A stretch of DNA of 64,000 nt, from positions 14,074,001-14,138,000 of the forward strand of contig NC_043010.1 of assembly GCF_006345805.1 (NCBI RefSeq). Reading direction: 5' to 3'. Position numbers and translations under genes: made by a program. Under the pieces are notes generated by a model. The model had not been told where the DNA came from. It was given only the letters and a program-made list of their open reading frames with translations, and did no database searches. Shown piece after piece: positions 13,045 to 27,200 of this stretch. Source of the stretch: Octopus sinensis (Eukaryota). Positions within the stretch are counted from its first letter, which is position 1. Each line of letters begins with the position of its first letter.

Positions 13045-13864
13045 CTGTGTTTGTCCCCCTAGCATTGCTTGACAACTGATGCTGGTGTGTTTATGTCCCC
13101 GTAACTTAGCGGTTCGGCAAAACAGAGTGATAGAATAAGTACTGGGCTTACAAAGAATAAGTGCCAGGGTCGAGTTGCTCGATTAAAGGCGGTGCTCCAG
13201 CATGGCCGCAGTCAAATGACTGAAACAAGTAAAAGAGTAAAAGAGAGTATCTGGAAAAGTGTCCATCTATAGAATTCTATCTTCAGAAGACTCATCTAAC
13301 TCATGACAGCACAGAAAAAGCAGACGTAAAAATAATGATGATGTCGACAATGACGTTATGTAATTTATATTCTAAATCTTACTAAATTTAGCTGATTAAT
13401 TATTTGTCCACATATTCTGGTTTACATTGTTTCTCTCTGGCTCTGTCTCATGGATATTCCTTATTTCTGTTTCAGACATCCAAACAGATTTGAATTGCTA
13501 TTCCCATACCTGGCATATAGCTTGCAAAGGAAAAGCCCCTATGTCTACCCAGATTTGTCTCTATCGGTACTCATATCCAGCAGGTGAGTTCTTCTTATTT
13601 TTTACACACACACACACACAAAGGAGTAAATGATACCCATTTTTAAAATCTAGTTATCTAGTGTCTATTTTTTAAAAAGAATATGTTTATTGTCCTTCAT
13701 CCTTTTTATATGCTTATTTAGATCTCTGAGTTTGCTATATTTCATCAGTATTATATACAGCTTCACTGAGAGACCTCTTTGGCAAACTGCACCTGATAAT
13801 ATTTTCATTATTATTGAAAAATATTTATTTTACACCCATATGCACGTTTGTATATGTATATGTG

Positions 13865-13905
<41 letters not shown>

Positions 13906-15088
13906 ACAAATGCATGTGCATATATGAATATTTGTGTCCGCCATGATAGATCGTTAGCCACTACACACATTTTTTTCTCTCCTTGTTTTTTCTGTGTCCC
14001 TTTCTGTAGAAGAGCATAGGCTCGAAACGTAAAACACTTTTTCTATTCCTGAGCGTTATACTAATACATCTGTTTGTTTTGTACATCACCTGTCTTCATC
14101 TTCTGTTTTTTTTAGTAAACTCTCCCTATATATAAATACATATGCGTATATATATATATTTATGTATGTAAATATGTAATTATTGCAAATATTTTTCTCC
14201 AGAGTACAAGATGCCGTCCAGCAAAATGTGCAAAAGACAATTGAAAGTAAGTCTTGTTTTTGTTGTTTTTCAATTTTTTAATACTTCTTTTTATTCTCTT
14301 GTTCATGATGTCCAGCAAAAATGCTTTTGTGAGAGAAGAGAACGGTTGATAAATATTAAATGAATGTTAAATAAGGAAGGTAGTTGATGCTGCTTGTATT
14401 GAGGTGTTTTGGGGGAAATTTGTGTCCTTATTTTATTCTTTCTTGTAATAAGATTGTGATGCAAGGGTCCAAAGAAGCATCATCATCATCATCATCATTT
14501 TAACATCCACTTTTCCATGCTTGCATGGGTTGGACAGAGTTCATTGAAACAGCCTTTTCTCCGGTCGGATGCTCTTGTTGTTGCCAACCCTACCTGTTTC
14601 CAAGAAAGGTAATATTTTCCCGTGGCCAGATATGTTTTCACAGAATTACAACAATCAGTGTCCAGATAAGGTGATACAAATGTGCATGCATGCACAGATG
14701 TACACGCATGCGTGCATACATATATATCACTTTTTCGACTCCATGGGTGCACCTAAGAGGTTCCTTTCCAGCATACAAGTCTGGGCGGAAAATCGCCTCA
14801 CTGGTGAACACACAGCCTAGGGCTGTTTTTATGGAAGACAGCAGTCGCCCATGCATACCAGCCTCCTTTCTCCATGCCACCAATGTTATCCAACAGAAAG
14901 GCAAAGGGGATGATACAGCTCAGCACCAGTGACGTCGCAACTCATTTCTACAGCTGAGTGAACTGGAGCAACATGAAAATAAAGTGTCTTGCTCAAGAAC
15001 ACAACACTCAGTCCGGTTCAAGAATTGAACCCACAACCTTATGATCATAAGCTCAACGCTCTAACCACTGAGCCATGTACCTTCACTG

Positions 15089-15119
<31 letters not shown>

Positions 15120-15180
15120 ATGTATATATATATGTATATATATATATGTGTGTGTATATGTGTGTGTATATGTGTGTGTA

Positions 15181-15251
<71 letters not shown>

Positions 15252-18200
15252 AACCGGCTTCTTTTAGTTTCTGACTACTAAACCTATTCACAAGGCTTTA
15301 GTTGACCTGCCACTATTTTAGAAGTGACTTGCCCAAGATGCCACACAGTATGACTGAACCTGAAACCATGTGGAAGAGAAACTAACTTCTTGACTACACT
15401 GTCACACCTGCACTGAAGCTACAAATACCTGGAATTGGCAAAAATCAGTGTATGCATGAGTGATTATGCATTTTTTAAAATTTAATTAGTACTGAATAAA
15501 AATTGAGGCACTAGTGTGTACTTGTTAGTTCATCATGGTAAAAAGGAATGTTTTGCAAGGTTTGATGGAGAGAATTTGATAATTGAATGAAAATTAAATT
15601 GAATATGGACTACTTTGGATGTGGTTTTGTAGGTGAACCAAATGCTAAAATGGAAAAAATCCTGAAGATTGAAAAGCAGCGTTCCAAAAAGATCATTGAT
15701 CGAATGAAAGCCTGTATATCATACTGGTCAGTGAGGTGAGTATTTAGTTGTTTTTTTTTCCTCTAGTATTCAATCATTACCATAAAATACTTCAGTGTGA
15801 GCTATGTTGTTGTACTGCTTGTACATATGAGACGGTTTTGCTGCTACATCCAAATATCATACATCTGATTTCAAAAATGAAGCTTTCTCTTCAAGTCCAG
15901 AAAATACTATATTTAACCCATTATCATTTAAACCAGCCATATCCAGTCCAAATATGCTATCTGTTTTATGTTCTAACCAACCAGATCAAGCCTATCGCAC
16001 ATACCCTTCAGTGCTAATTTAAAAATATAGAATCACATCAGCAAAATTTTGAAGCTGGAAAATAATGCAGGATTAATTTAAACACAATGTGAATGAAAAG
16101 GCATTATGGAGGAATTACAACCGTGTTTCGTGGTCTGCTACCACAACAGCTCCTTTATAGGATCCAGTTAGCTCAAGACATCATCAGGAGGAACCATGTC
16201 CGGTTTCGGCCCCTACTCCTCTACTGTTTTGACGTGCCCCCCCCCCCTTTCGGAGGTTTCTTCAGCTCTGGTGTTGGGTGCATGTCTTCTTTCTTCTGTT
16301 CCCTGGCCTCTTCAATGTATTGTCAGCGAATGTCAGCCGGTGACTGACTGACTTGTCAAATTTTTCCCTTTAAATACCTGCCACAAGGCTCCAGCAGGCA
16401 GCCCCAGCAAGTTGTCACGTGACACTTCTCCCCTTAACTGACTAGTGAAGGTGCGTAGTCTTAACCCGTGCATTCTGTAAACGACCGTCACCTGTCAGTC
16501 AGCGAAGCTGATTCAGTGTCAGCTTGTCTAATAATCTGAATGATAAAGGGTTAAATATAAAATGCCCTTTTTTTTTTCCAGAATGTTTCAAAAAATTATC
16601 CTGGGTCCTATAAGCAAAGTTGCTTTTACCCTTTTGATACTAACCCACCTAAGACTGCCCCTGTTTCTATGATACAGACTTCCTGGTTTTTAAGCCTTTA
16701 GCATTCAGAATCCTTTGTCAAATGTAATGCTTATTTATTCACCTTGTTTTGAATTAATCCTGCTTTATCTTGTAGTATCGAGACTTCAATGGAGTGTTTG
16801 TATATTTTTAGAATGACATTGTAGGGTAGGTGTGAAAGGTTGTCTCTGGTCAGTTTTAACATAAAATAGGTAGAATATTTGGGCCAGATATGACTGGATT
16901 AAATGCTAAAGAGTGATGGTGATTTAAATTAAAACCTTTCATCAAAATTTCCCATAACTTTATGTTCCAAACACCAGCCTTGTAATGACAAAATTATTTT
17001 ACTGAATTCTTCCTTATTTTCAAAATTAACTGGAACAACAACAATAATCTCTCCTCCTTTCAGTATCCCTAGATCACCTAATCCTCACGCTCAGTAATTT
17101 CTTCAATCCCATGTGTTTACATGAGTTCAGACTTCAAGAATATCTTTCCTGGCTATGTTCTTCTAACAAACATCACTCCACAGAAATTCAAACTGGACCT
17201 GTCTCCAGTCTGAGAGGATGTTGCAAATGTCATGGATGCTGCTGCTTTACTTTACACTGTGTAACTGGGAACAGTCAGTATCTTAGTAATCCAGTGTTAA
17301 CTTCTGGTTAACCATCAGTTGATATCCGAGAAACCTGGTTAATCATCAGTCACTGTACCAGAAACTGTTTTAACCATCAGTCAATATTTTAGCAACCTGG
17401 TTAACCATCAATCAGTTTTCTAGTGACCTCTGGTTAACCATCAATCAGTATTCTAGTGACCTGATTAACCATCAATCAGTATTCTAGTGACCTCTGGTTA
17501 ACCATCAATCAGTATTCTAGTAACCTGGTTAACCATTAGTCAATATTCTAGTGACCTGGTTAACTATCAATCAATATTCTAGTGACCTCTGGTTAACCAT
17601 CAATCAGTATTCTAGTGACCTCTTGTTAACCATCAATCAGTATTCTAGTGACCTCTGGTTAACCATCAATCAGTATTCTAGTGACCTCTGGTTAACCATC
17701 AATCAGTATTCTAGTGACCTCTGGTTAACCATCAATCAGTATTCTAGTGACCTCTGGTTAACCATTAATCAGTATTCTAGTGACCTGGTTAACCATCAGT
17801 CAGTATTCTGGTTAACCAGCCATCAATAAGCTAACCTTGATAATCACTCAGTCTCCTAGCAACCTGGTTAATCATCAGTCAGTAATCCGTGTAATTCTAA
17901 TCTTTAGATTACTGTTGTCTAAAATTGCTTCTCCACTTTTCCTCTTGCAGCCTCTTTGGTTACTCCTTGTTCAAGTTCCTTGGGTTAATATTACGGAGCC
18001 TCCAGGTTCATCGGTCGCAGTTGAATATAATTAAAGATTTAGAGCAGGTAAGTGGGACATTACCACCGATGCTTAACTGAAAAAACCTGTGTATGTACCC
18101 TTGTTTTGTCATTATGTGATGGTAAATAAATCAGCATCACTGTCATAGCAGCAATATTCTTTGTTTCCAGTCTTCTTTGTAAAACATGTCTAACCATGGG

Positions 18201-21200
18201 AAATATTACCTTGCTTGGTAATTGGAAGGGGAACCGGCTGTAGAAAATCTACCTTGTGGACATTAAATGATAATGATATGTGTATGATATGCTTCCATAT
18301 GGTTTCTGTTTACCAAATTTTACTCAAGGCATTAACCCTTTCGTTACCAACCCAGCCAAAACCGGCTTTGGCTCTGTGGTAAAATGTCTTGTTTTCATGT
18401 TTTGTATTAATATCTTCCACCAAGCCTTAGTCACAATTTACGTTCCTAACACTAGCTGAATGATAACTAAGTTATTTTACTAAATTATTTGTTATATTTA
18501 AAATAATTGAAAGAAACACAGAGCATCTCAAAATAAATACAGTAACGAAAGGGTTAATCAACTTTAGGCTATAGTAGAAGACTGTTGCCCATCCAAGGTG
18601 CAACACAGATACTGAACCAGGGAACATATGGTTATAAAATGAACTTTCTAAACATGGTTTTTTGAGAAGCCAGGCTCTGTTTGACTGCTGCTGTATTTTG
18701 TTCAATAAGACTGTGGGTTCAAGTCTAACCATATGAATTTTCTCTGATATGAATGTAAGGTTACAATACAGCTTATTAAAATTTATTAAACCTTTACCCA
18801 CATCGTTGTACAGTAGCAGAATAATACTGTAGATAGATTAGGTGCTCGTGCCATGTAAAGAGCACCTGTACAGATGCTACATAAAACGCACCTGTGTTTG
18901 TGCCATGTAAAAAGCACCTTGTATAAGTCTGTAAAGTGGTTGGCATTAGGAAGGGGATCTAACCATGGAAACCATACCAAAACAGACAAATGGAATCTCC
19001 AACTTGCCAGCTCCTGTAAAAAGCACCCTGTATAAGTCCATAAAGTGGTTGGCATTAGGGAGGGGATCTAACCATGGAAACCATACCAAAACAGACAAAT
19101 GGAACCTCCAACTTGCCAGCTCCTGTAAAAAGCACCCTGTATAAGTCCATAAAGTGGTTGGCATTAGGGAGGGGATCTAACCATGGAAACCATACCAAAA
19201 CCGACAAATGGAACCTCCAACTTGCCAGCTCCTGTCCAACCCATGCCAGCATGGAAAACAGACATTAAATGGTGATGATGAGCATATGTCTTACATTTAG
19301 ATGCATAATTAACATTCTTTTTGACATAAAGTGAAAAATAATTGATAACAATTCTCAAAGTAGAAGAGGTGACAAGTGTAAAACTTGGCAGACACCCATA
19401 AAATTATTAACCATCTTACAAACAATAACTCTGAGCACCTTTTCAAACTCCACCTGTCTAACACACGTGGACATGTTTACAAAGTCAGTAAACAGCACAG
19501 CTCCCATGACTTTCGGAAACATTTTTTCACGCTAAGAGTTGCTGAAGCATGGAACAAACTGCCGGCATCAGTTGTTAGTTGTCGGAGCTCTGCATCCTTC
19601 AAAACTTCCATGCTTCCTGAGATTCGCCAACACTACACCTGATTTTCTCCCCTCCATACACACGCAAGCATGTATCTGACTCATACACTGTTCGCTTTCC
19701 AGACATTTGTACATTACTGCATATACTTTATACGCACTTTTGACAAGTTGTGGTGCACCTGAGCACTGTATACAATAATTTCATTATTATTATTATAAAA
19801 CAAGGACTATATTTTTCAGAGTTGTCTTCTAAAACTACACATTCAATACTACTTGTGTGGACTTTTACTATGTCTAAAGACTCAGGTATTTCAAACAAAA
19901 TATAATTTTAAGAGAAATTATATATTTCATGGTTACAACCATAAATTGAACAATCATCTTATAGTTTTCAAAATGATGGTGGAATTTCTATAGGTACTGC
20001 TTGTCATTGTTGTTATTATTTAACTTGCTTCAGGTTTGGTCTCATTCCTGATAGAATTTATGTGGTAGCAGGTTACTACCTGTATATTATTATTATTATT
20101 ATTATTATTATTTATTATTATCATCATCATCATTATTCATCATCATCATCATCATCATCATTTGACGTCCACTTTCCATGCTAGCATGGGTTGGACGATT
20201 TTGACTGAGGGCTGGCGAACCAGATGGCTGCACCAGGCTCCAATCTTGATTTGGCAGACTTTCTACAGCTGGATGCCCTTCCTAACGCCAACCACTCCAA
20301 GAGTGTAGTGGGTGCTTTTTATGTGCCACCGGCACGGGGGCCAATCAGGCGGTACTAGCGATGACCTCACTCGAATCTTTTTACACATGCCACCAGCACA
20401 GGTGCCAGTAAGGTGACGTTGGTAACAATGACGCTCGAATGGTGCCCTTTTACATGCCACCGGCACGGAAGCCAGTTGGCTACTCTGGCAATGATCACGC
20501 TCGGATGGTGGACCTCGCTATTATTATTATTGTTTTTTTTTATTTATTTTTTTATTTTTTTTTAAGGTGGCAAATCATTAGCATGCCAAGCAAAATGCTT
20601 AGAGGCATTTCATTCGCTTTTATGTCCTGGGTTTAAACTGCTGAGGTTGACTTTGCATTTCATCGTTTGGCTATTGATGATATAAGTCCTAGTTGAGTAC
20701 CAGGGATGCTGTAATTTACTAGACCCCCACCTCCCAACAAATTTCAGGCCTTGTGCCTATAGCAGAAAGTATTATATCATTATTAATTATCATTATCATT
20801 ATTATTTCTCTTGCAGAAAGGTCATCCCATAATCTTCTTACCTTTACATAAAAGCCATCTTGATTACATTATTGTCACTTGGATATTGTGGATTCATGAC
20901 ATGCGAGTGCCTTATGTAGCAGCAGGGGACAATCTGAACATCCCTATTATTGGGTTTGTAATATTTTCCTTTATATTCTCTCTTTTTACTCTTTTACTCT
21001 TTTACTTGTTTCAGTCATTTGACTGCAGCCATGCTGGAGCACCGCCTTTAGTCAAGCAACTCGACCCCGGGACTTATTCTTTGTAAGCCCAGTACTTATT
21101 CTATCGGACTCTTTTGCCGAACCGCTAAGTTACGGGGATGTAAACACACCAGCATCGGTGTTGGGGGGACAAACACAGACACACACACATATATACATAT

Positions 21201-24200
21201 ATACAACGGGCTTCTTTCAGTTTCCGTCTACCAAATCCACTCACAAGGCATTGGTCGACCCGGGGCTATAGCAGAAGACACTTGCCCAAGATGCCACGCA
21301 GTGGGACTGAACCCGGAACCATGTGGTTGGTTAGCAAGCTACTTACCACACAGCCATATTTTTTTCTCTATGATGCATCATGTATTCCTTAACGACACAA
21401 CAGATTGTAACGGCTTGTTTTCTAATGACACATCAAGATCTAACAACAGGGGTCTCAAACTCAGGACACACAGATTGGCCATTACATTTTGGCGCAGGGC
21501 ACTGAGGCAAAAATGAGATGAGTTGGGGAGTGATTTCTACCAACTATGATACTAAACGGCAATGCAGCTGATAGGCTACTGTTTATTTATCTTTCTCTTA
21601 ACAATGTTTACATCTTCCTCGGATCTTTTCGGTTTGAACGGCAGTTTTTTCTAGCGGTGTCATATGAAATTGTCACCCATAATTATGACCCTAGTATCAA
21701 TTGCATTTCAATCTGTTTTAGGATTAGGGTTAGGGGTGGTGAGAAGGGTATCTTTTTTTCTTCACAAATGTAAATAAACCCAATCTGTTTCGTAAACGAG
21801 GGACATATTCATATGGCACAGAATGTTTTATACCTCAATAGACGTCATTGATTGGTTGAAATTGCAGAAATTGAAGAAAAAGAACAACAAATATCTTACA
21901 AACCATAGAATTTTCTCAATAAAGCCAAGAGAAAAAGATGTTTCCATTCGTCTCATTCTTTGTTACCTGCCCGTTTAAACAGTTCCTTACTTTGCGTTTC
22001 AGGCCAATATTAAGGGCTTTGGGAGGATTCTTCATCCGAAGACGGTTAGACACAAATGGCAAAAGAGATCTCATCTACCGATCAGTGTTACAGTCAGTAA
22101 GTAAAAGTTTCCTTGTCTCTGATTTGAAAGCCTAACTTTGAATTCGGACCCTTGGTAATTTCAGCTACTAGTACATAAAAGTCATTGGTTTCAAATGCTG
22201 GTAATGTTTGAACATACTTATTTCTTTATTACCCACAAGGGGCTAAACATAGAGGGGACAAACAAGGACAGACAAACAGATTAAGTCGATTACATCGACC
22301 CCAGTACGTAACTGGTACTTAATTTATCGACCTCGAAAGAAGATGAAAGGCAAAGTCGACCTAGGCGGAATTTGAACTCAGAACGTAACGGCAGACGAAA
22401 TACCTATTTCTTTATTACCTACAAGGGGCTAAACATAGAGGGGACAAACAAGGACAAACATGGGTATTAAGTCGATTACATCGACCCCAGTGCATAACTG
22501 GTACTTAATTTATCGACCCCGAAAGGATGAAAGGCAAAGTCGACCTCGGTGGAATTTGAACTCACAACGTAACGACAGACGAAATACGGCTACGCATTTC
22601 GCCTGGCGTGCTAACGTTTCTGCCAGCTCACCGTTTGTTTGAACATACTGCCATGCAATGCAGTCAAACCTAATACTATATGAAAGGTGTGTATATGTGT
22701 GCATGTGCATATAATTTCCCTCTTTGCCTTTTTGCCTTTTGGATCTCATTTTTCTATTTTATCTATATTTAGTACATGCAAGAACTTCTCCAGGAAGGCC
22801 AGTCTTTGGAATTCTTTATAGAAGGAGGAAGGAGTCGAAGTGGCAAAGCTCTCTACCCAAAAGGTGGTCTGTTGTCAGTTATTGTTGATTCATTTCTTCA
22901 AAGTGAGTATACATTGCTTTGTGAAGGGGTTTTTTGTTTTCACATTTTGGTCAAACATTCTTATCTCTTGCCCACAGTTCTTTTGGCTTCTCCCTATACT
23001 ACGACTATTACCTTTGTCCACTCAGATGCTCTTTACACACTCATCTAGCTTCCTCACACCGCCACTATTGTGTCCAAACCCCAGGACCCACATTAATCTC
23101 TAGGCCCAGTTCTTTCTGTACAAGATGTCAGCCCTTTAGACTTTTCCTCGATGCACATGTCTTTCTTGAAGCCAACTTCCAACAATTTAAGCGAAACATT
23201 AACCCTTTTAATGCCAACCTGCCTGATGCAGTCCCTGGTTCTTTGATACAAACTTCCTGTTTAACCCTTTCGTTACCAACCTGGCTGGAACCGGCTCTGG
23301 CTCTGTAGTACAAATCTCTTGTTTTCATAAGTTTTGAATTAAAATCTTCCACTAAACATTAGTCACAATTTATGTTCCTAACACTAGCTGAATGATAATT
23401 AAGTTATTTTACTAAATTCTTTGTTATATTTAAAGTAATTTAAAGAAACACAGAGCATTTCAAAATATATACACTAACGAAAGGGTTAAAGCCATCTAAA
23501 TTAAAACCTCTGATTGAAAGCTTGTGTTAATTTGTTCCAAACACCAGCTGAATAATGACAAAGTTATTTCACTAAATTCATCATTATTTTCAAACCTATT
23601 TGATACAAAAGCAGTGTAATTTGATAGAAATAATGGTAACAAAAGGGTTAATAGCAACGAGTCTTAGCAGCCTTGGAGGATCTTCACAGCCATGGGCACA
23701 GTCTTTTCACTCATACCATCATCATCATCATCATTGTTTAGCGTCCGCTTTCCATGCTAGCATGGGTTGGACGGTTCAACTGGGGTCTGGGAAGACAGAA
23801 GGCTGCACCAGGCCCAGTCAGATCTGGCAAAGTTTCTACGGCTGGATGCCCTTCCTAACGCCAACCACTCCGTGAGTGTAGTGGGTGCTTTTTACGTGCC
23901 ACCGGCACAGGTACCAGTCGAGGCTGGCAAACAGCCACGATCGGATGGTGCTTTTTATGTGCTACCAGCACTGGGGGCCAGGCGAGGCTGGCAACGGCCA
24001 CGATCGGATGGTGCTTTTTACGTGCTACCAGCACTGGGGGCCAGGCGAGGCTAGCAACGGCCACGATCAGATGGTGCTTTTTACGTGCTACTGGCACTGG
24101 GGGCCAGGCGAGGCTGACAACGGCAACGATCGGATGGTACTTTTTACGTGCTACCGGCACTGGGGGCCAGGCGAGGCTGGCAAACGGCCACGATCGGATG

Positions 24201-27200
24201 GTGCTTTTTACATGCCACCGGCACAGGTGCCAGACGAGGCTGGCAACAGCCACGATCGGATGGTGCTTTTTACGTGCTACCAGCACTGGGGGCCAGGCGA
24301 GGCTAGCAACGGCCATGATCAGATGGTGCTTTTTACGTGCTACTAGCACTGGGGGCCAGGCATGGCTGGCAAATGGCCACGATCGGATGGTGCTTTTTAC
24401 GTGCTACCGGCACAGGTGCCAGACAAGGCTGGCAAACGGCCACAATCGGATGGTGCTTTTTACGTGCTACCGGCACTGGGGGCCAGGCGAGGCTGGCAAA
24501 TGGCCACGATCGGGTGGTGCTTTTTACGTGCCACCAAGAGAAATATGAACTTGATCTGGTGATATCTTGTAGTGTTGTTTCTGCAACTGTGCACGTATGC
24601 ATACGTACACACACACACTATTATCATGCTTAATAGTTGTTTTTTTTCTCCTTATTAAAGGTATCATGTAACACCGTAAATGTAAGTGGCGATATTACAG
24701 CCTAACTTTCTGCTTTAGTTGAATTGTAACTGATGCCAAAGTAGAGGTGTAAGTTAGCTCATATTTTTTTGACATGGATGGTCAATACAGGTGGTGGATT
24801 GTCATCTCTATATATATAAATGGCAAAATTTCTGCGTGTGTGTCCTTTATACAAATCCACAATTTTTCAGTTAGAGGGCTCGCACTTTCTATGGTCATTC
24901 AAAACCGTTCATGGGTGGTCGTGCACATCTTTACATTTCCCCAGTCACCCTGCAAAGCCATTAAAACATCAATAGAAGTGACTTTTTTTGTGAATTTTCT
25001 ATCCAAAACCCAATCAAAATGCCCGAAACTTGATATGCCAATTGAATGCCATCTAGCTGTATGTGATTGGCCGGAGATTTGGACAGTACTCGTATGTGTG
25101 TGCACACACACGCAGCTGTATATGCATGCACTAGCATTATGTCCCGGCGTTGCCAGGTCATAGTGTTAGTAATTATTAAATCATCAAGAGAAAGAGCAGC
25201 ATCTGAGATGAGAGCCAGTGGTATTAATAATAATGAAATTATTGTATACAGTGCTCAGGTGCACCACAACTTGTCAGAGTATATGCAGTAATGTACAAAT
25301 GTCTGGAAAGCGAACAATGTATGAGTCAGATACATGCTAGTGTGTGTATGGAGGGGAGAAAATCAGGTGTAGTGTTGGCAAATCTCAGAAAGCATGGAAG
25401 TTTTGATGGATGCAGTGCTCCGACAACTAACAACTGAATTCGGGAGTTTCTTCCATGCTTCAGCAACTCTCAGCGTGAAAAAATGTTTCTTGAAGTTATG
25501 GGAGCTGTGCTGTTTTCTGACTTTGTAAATATGTCCACGGGTGTTGTTATGGCCTTTTACACTTTGATTACAAATTCCTCTGAAGTCGACTTACACTCTG
25601 ATTTTCCCATGACCAAACTTTCTAATGTTAGATTTTCTTTATCACACACACATGCACACAAAAACAATAATAATTTATATCTATTTTTTTCATCCCTGTT
25701 TTCAGGTTGCATACAAGATGCCTATATTGTACCCATCAGTATCAGTTATGAGAAGTTGATGGAGGGTAATTTTATTGATGAACAAATGGTAAGGTCACAT
25801 TTGGATTTTAACTATGAGTGGTTTTGTTAATTTTTTTGTTTATTAGCACTGGGTCAGTCTTGATCTAGCTGACCCTGTTTCTGTTCTTCACAACACTGTG
25901 AACCCTTTAACTCTTTAGCATTTAATCTGTCCATATCCAACCCAAATATTGGTTTCTCTGGAAAACCAGAGCACATTGTGTTATATGCAGCCACCATGCT
26001 GGACACCAATGATGACTCTTGAATAAGTGATGGCTGTAGTTATTGCTATTGTTGTTGTTGTTGTTGTTACATTTGCCATAACCCTTTCCCACTTGCTCCG
26101 CTGAACTTGCTAAGATGCTTACTACCAACAACAGTATTATGGCTTTATTATATTCCATCTCAATCCCTGCTCTTACCATTCGTTCCGTCCTCTCATCCCA
26201 GAACATCATCCCTCTAGAATTCCCTTCCCAACCTATTTTGGCAAAGTCGACCTCGGCGGAATTTTGAACTCAGAACATAGCGGCAGACGAAATACCTATT
26301 TCTTTACTACCCACAAGGGGCTAAACACAGAGGGGACAAACAAGGACAGACAAACGGATTAAGTCGATTATATCGACCCCAGTGCGTAACTGGTACTTAA
26401 TTTATCGACCCCGAAAGGATGAAAGGCAAAGTCGACCTCAGCAGAATTTGAACTCAGAACAAAACAGCAGACGAAATACGGCTACGCATTTCGCCCGGTG
26501 TGCTAACGGTTCTGCCAGCTTGCCGCTTTCTTACCATTAGTTCCATCTGCCAGCTCACCCTGCTCTTACCATTAATTCCATCCTCTCCTCCCAGAACATC
26601 ATCCCTCCAGAATTCCCTTCCCAACCGTCCAACCCATGCCAATATGGAAAACAGGCATTAATTGATTATGATGATGTTCTACATTCTTTTTTTTATATTC
26701 AAACTGACAAAATCCAGTCTCTCTGACATCCCCTTAAAGTCATACTAAAAATAAGCAATCTTGAAGATACAAGGTAATACAGGATTAATTCAAACCAATG
26801 TGAATAAATAAGGATTACAATTGACAGAGTAATCTGAGTGCTAAAGGATTAAGTACTCAAGACACATTTCATGTTTCCAGTTGTTACAAGATAGCTTGGG
26901 AACAGAAATCAGACTCCAAGGGTTTCCAAAGAAAATAAAAAAGAAACAATCATTTTTATTCTAGTGTAAGAGTTATACCTTATACTGGCATAAAATCTAT
27001 ATATATATATATAAACGGCCAAATGTCTGTGTGTGTGTCCCGTATACAAATCCACAATTTCTCAGTTAGAGGGCTCGCACTTTCTATGGTCATTCAAAAC
27101 CGTCCAAGGATGGTCGTGCACATCTTTACATTTCCCTAGTCACCCCGCAAAGCCATTAAAAAAGCAATAGAAGTGACTTTTTCATGAATTTTCTATCCAA

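Noticed and set aside
12866-13075. Recurrent [12 protein letters not shown]... / ...[12 protein letters not shown] ORFs in many places
   Set aside because: All map to SINE-B copies and vary freely in frame and length; non-coding.
16100-16280. CUGAUGA, CUGAAGA and GAAAC words on the minus strand suggesting a hammerhead
   Set aside because: No register gives helices I, II and III together; the would-be helix I strands are direct repeats (UUCCUC), not complementary.
17551-17829. 92-aa ORF with [11 protein letters not shown] repeats
   Set aside because: Consequence of a stop-free 33-bp minisatellite; starts at a non-ATG codon, with no splice evidence.
17908-17950. Alternative upstream acceptor for exon 7
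   Set aside because: Would add 43 nt and shift the frame; the downstream AG has the better pyrimidine tract and restores homology.
23855-24633. Several 90-160-aa repetitive ORFs on both strands; superficially CRISPR-like periodicity
   Set aside because: A 63-bp tandem repeat inside a SINE with no unique spacers and no cas genes, in a eukaryotic intron.
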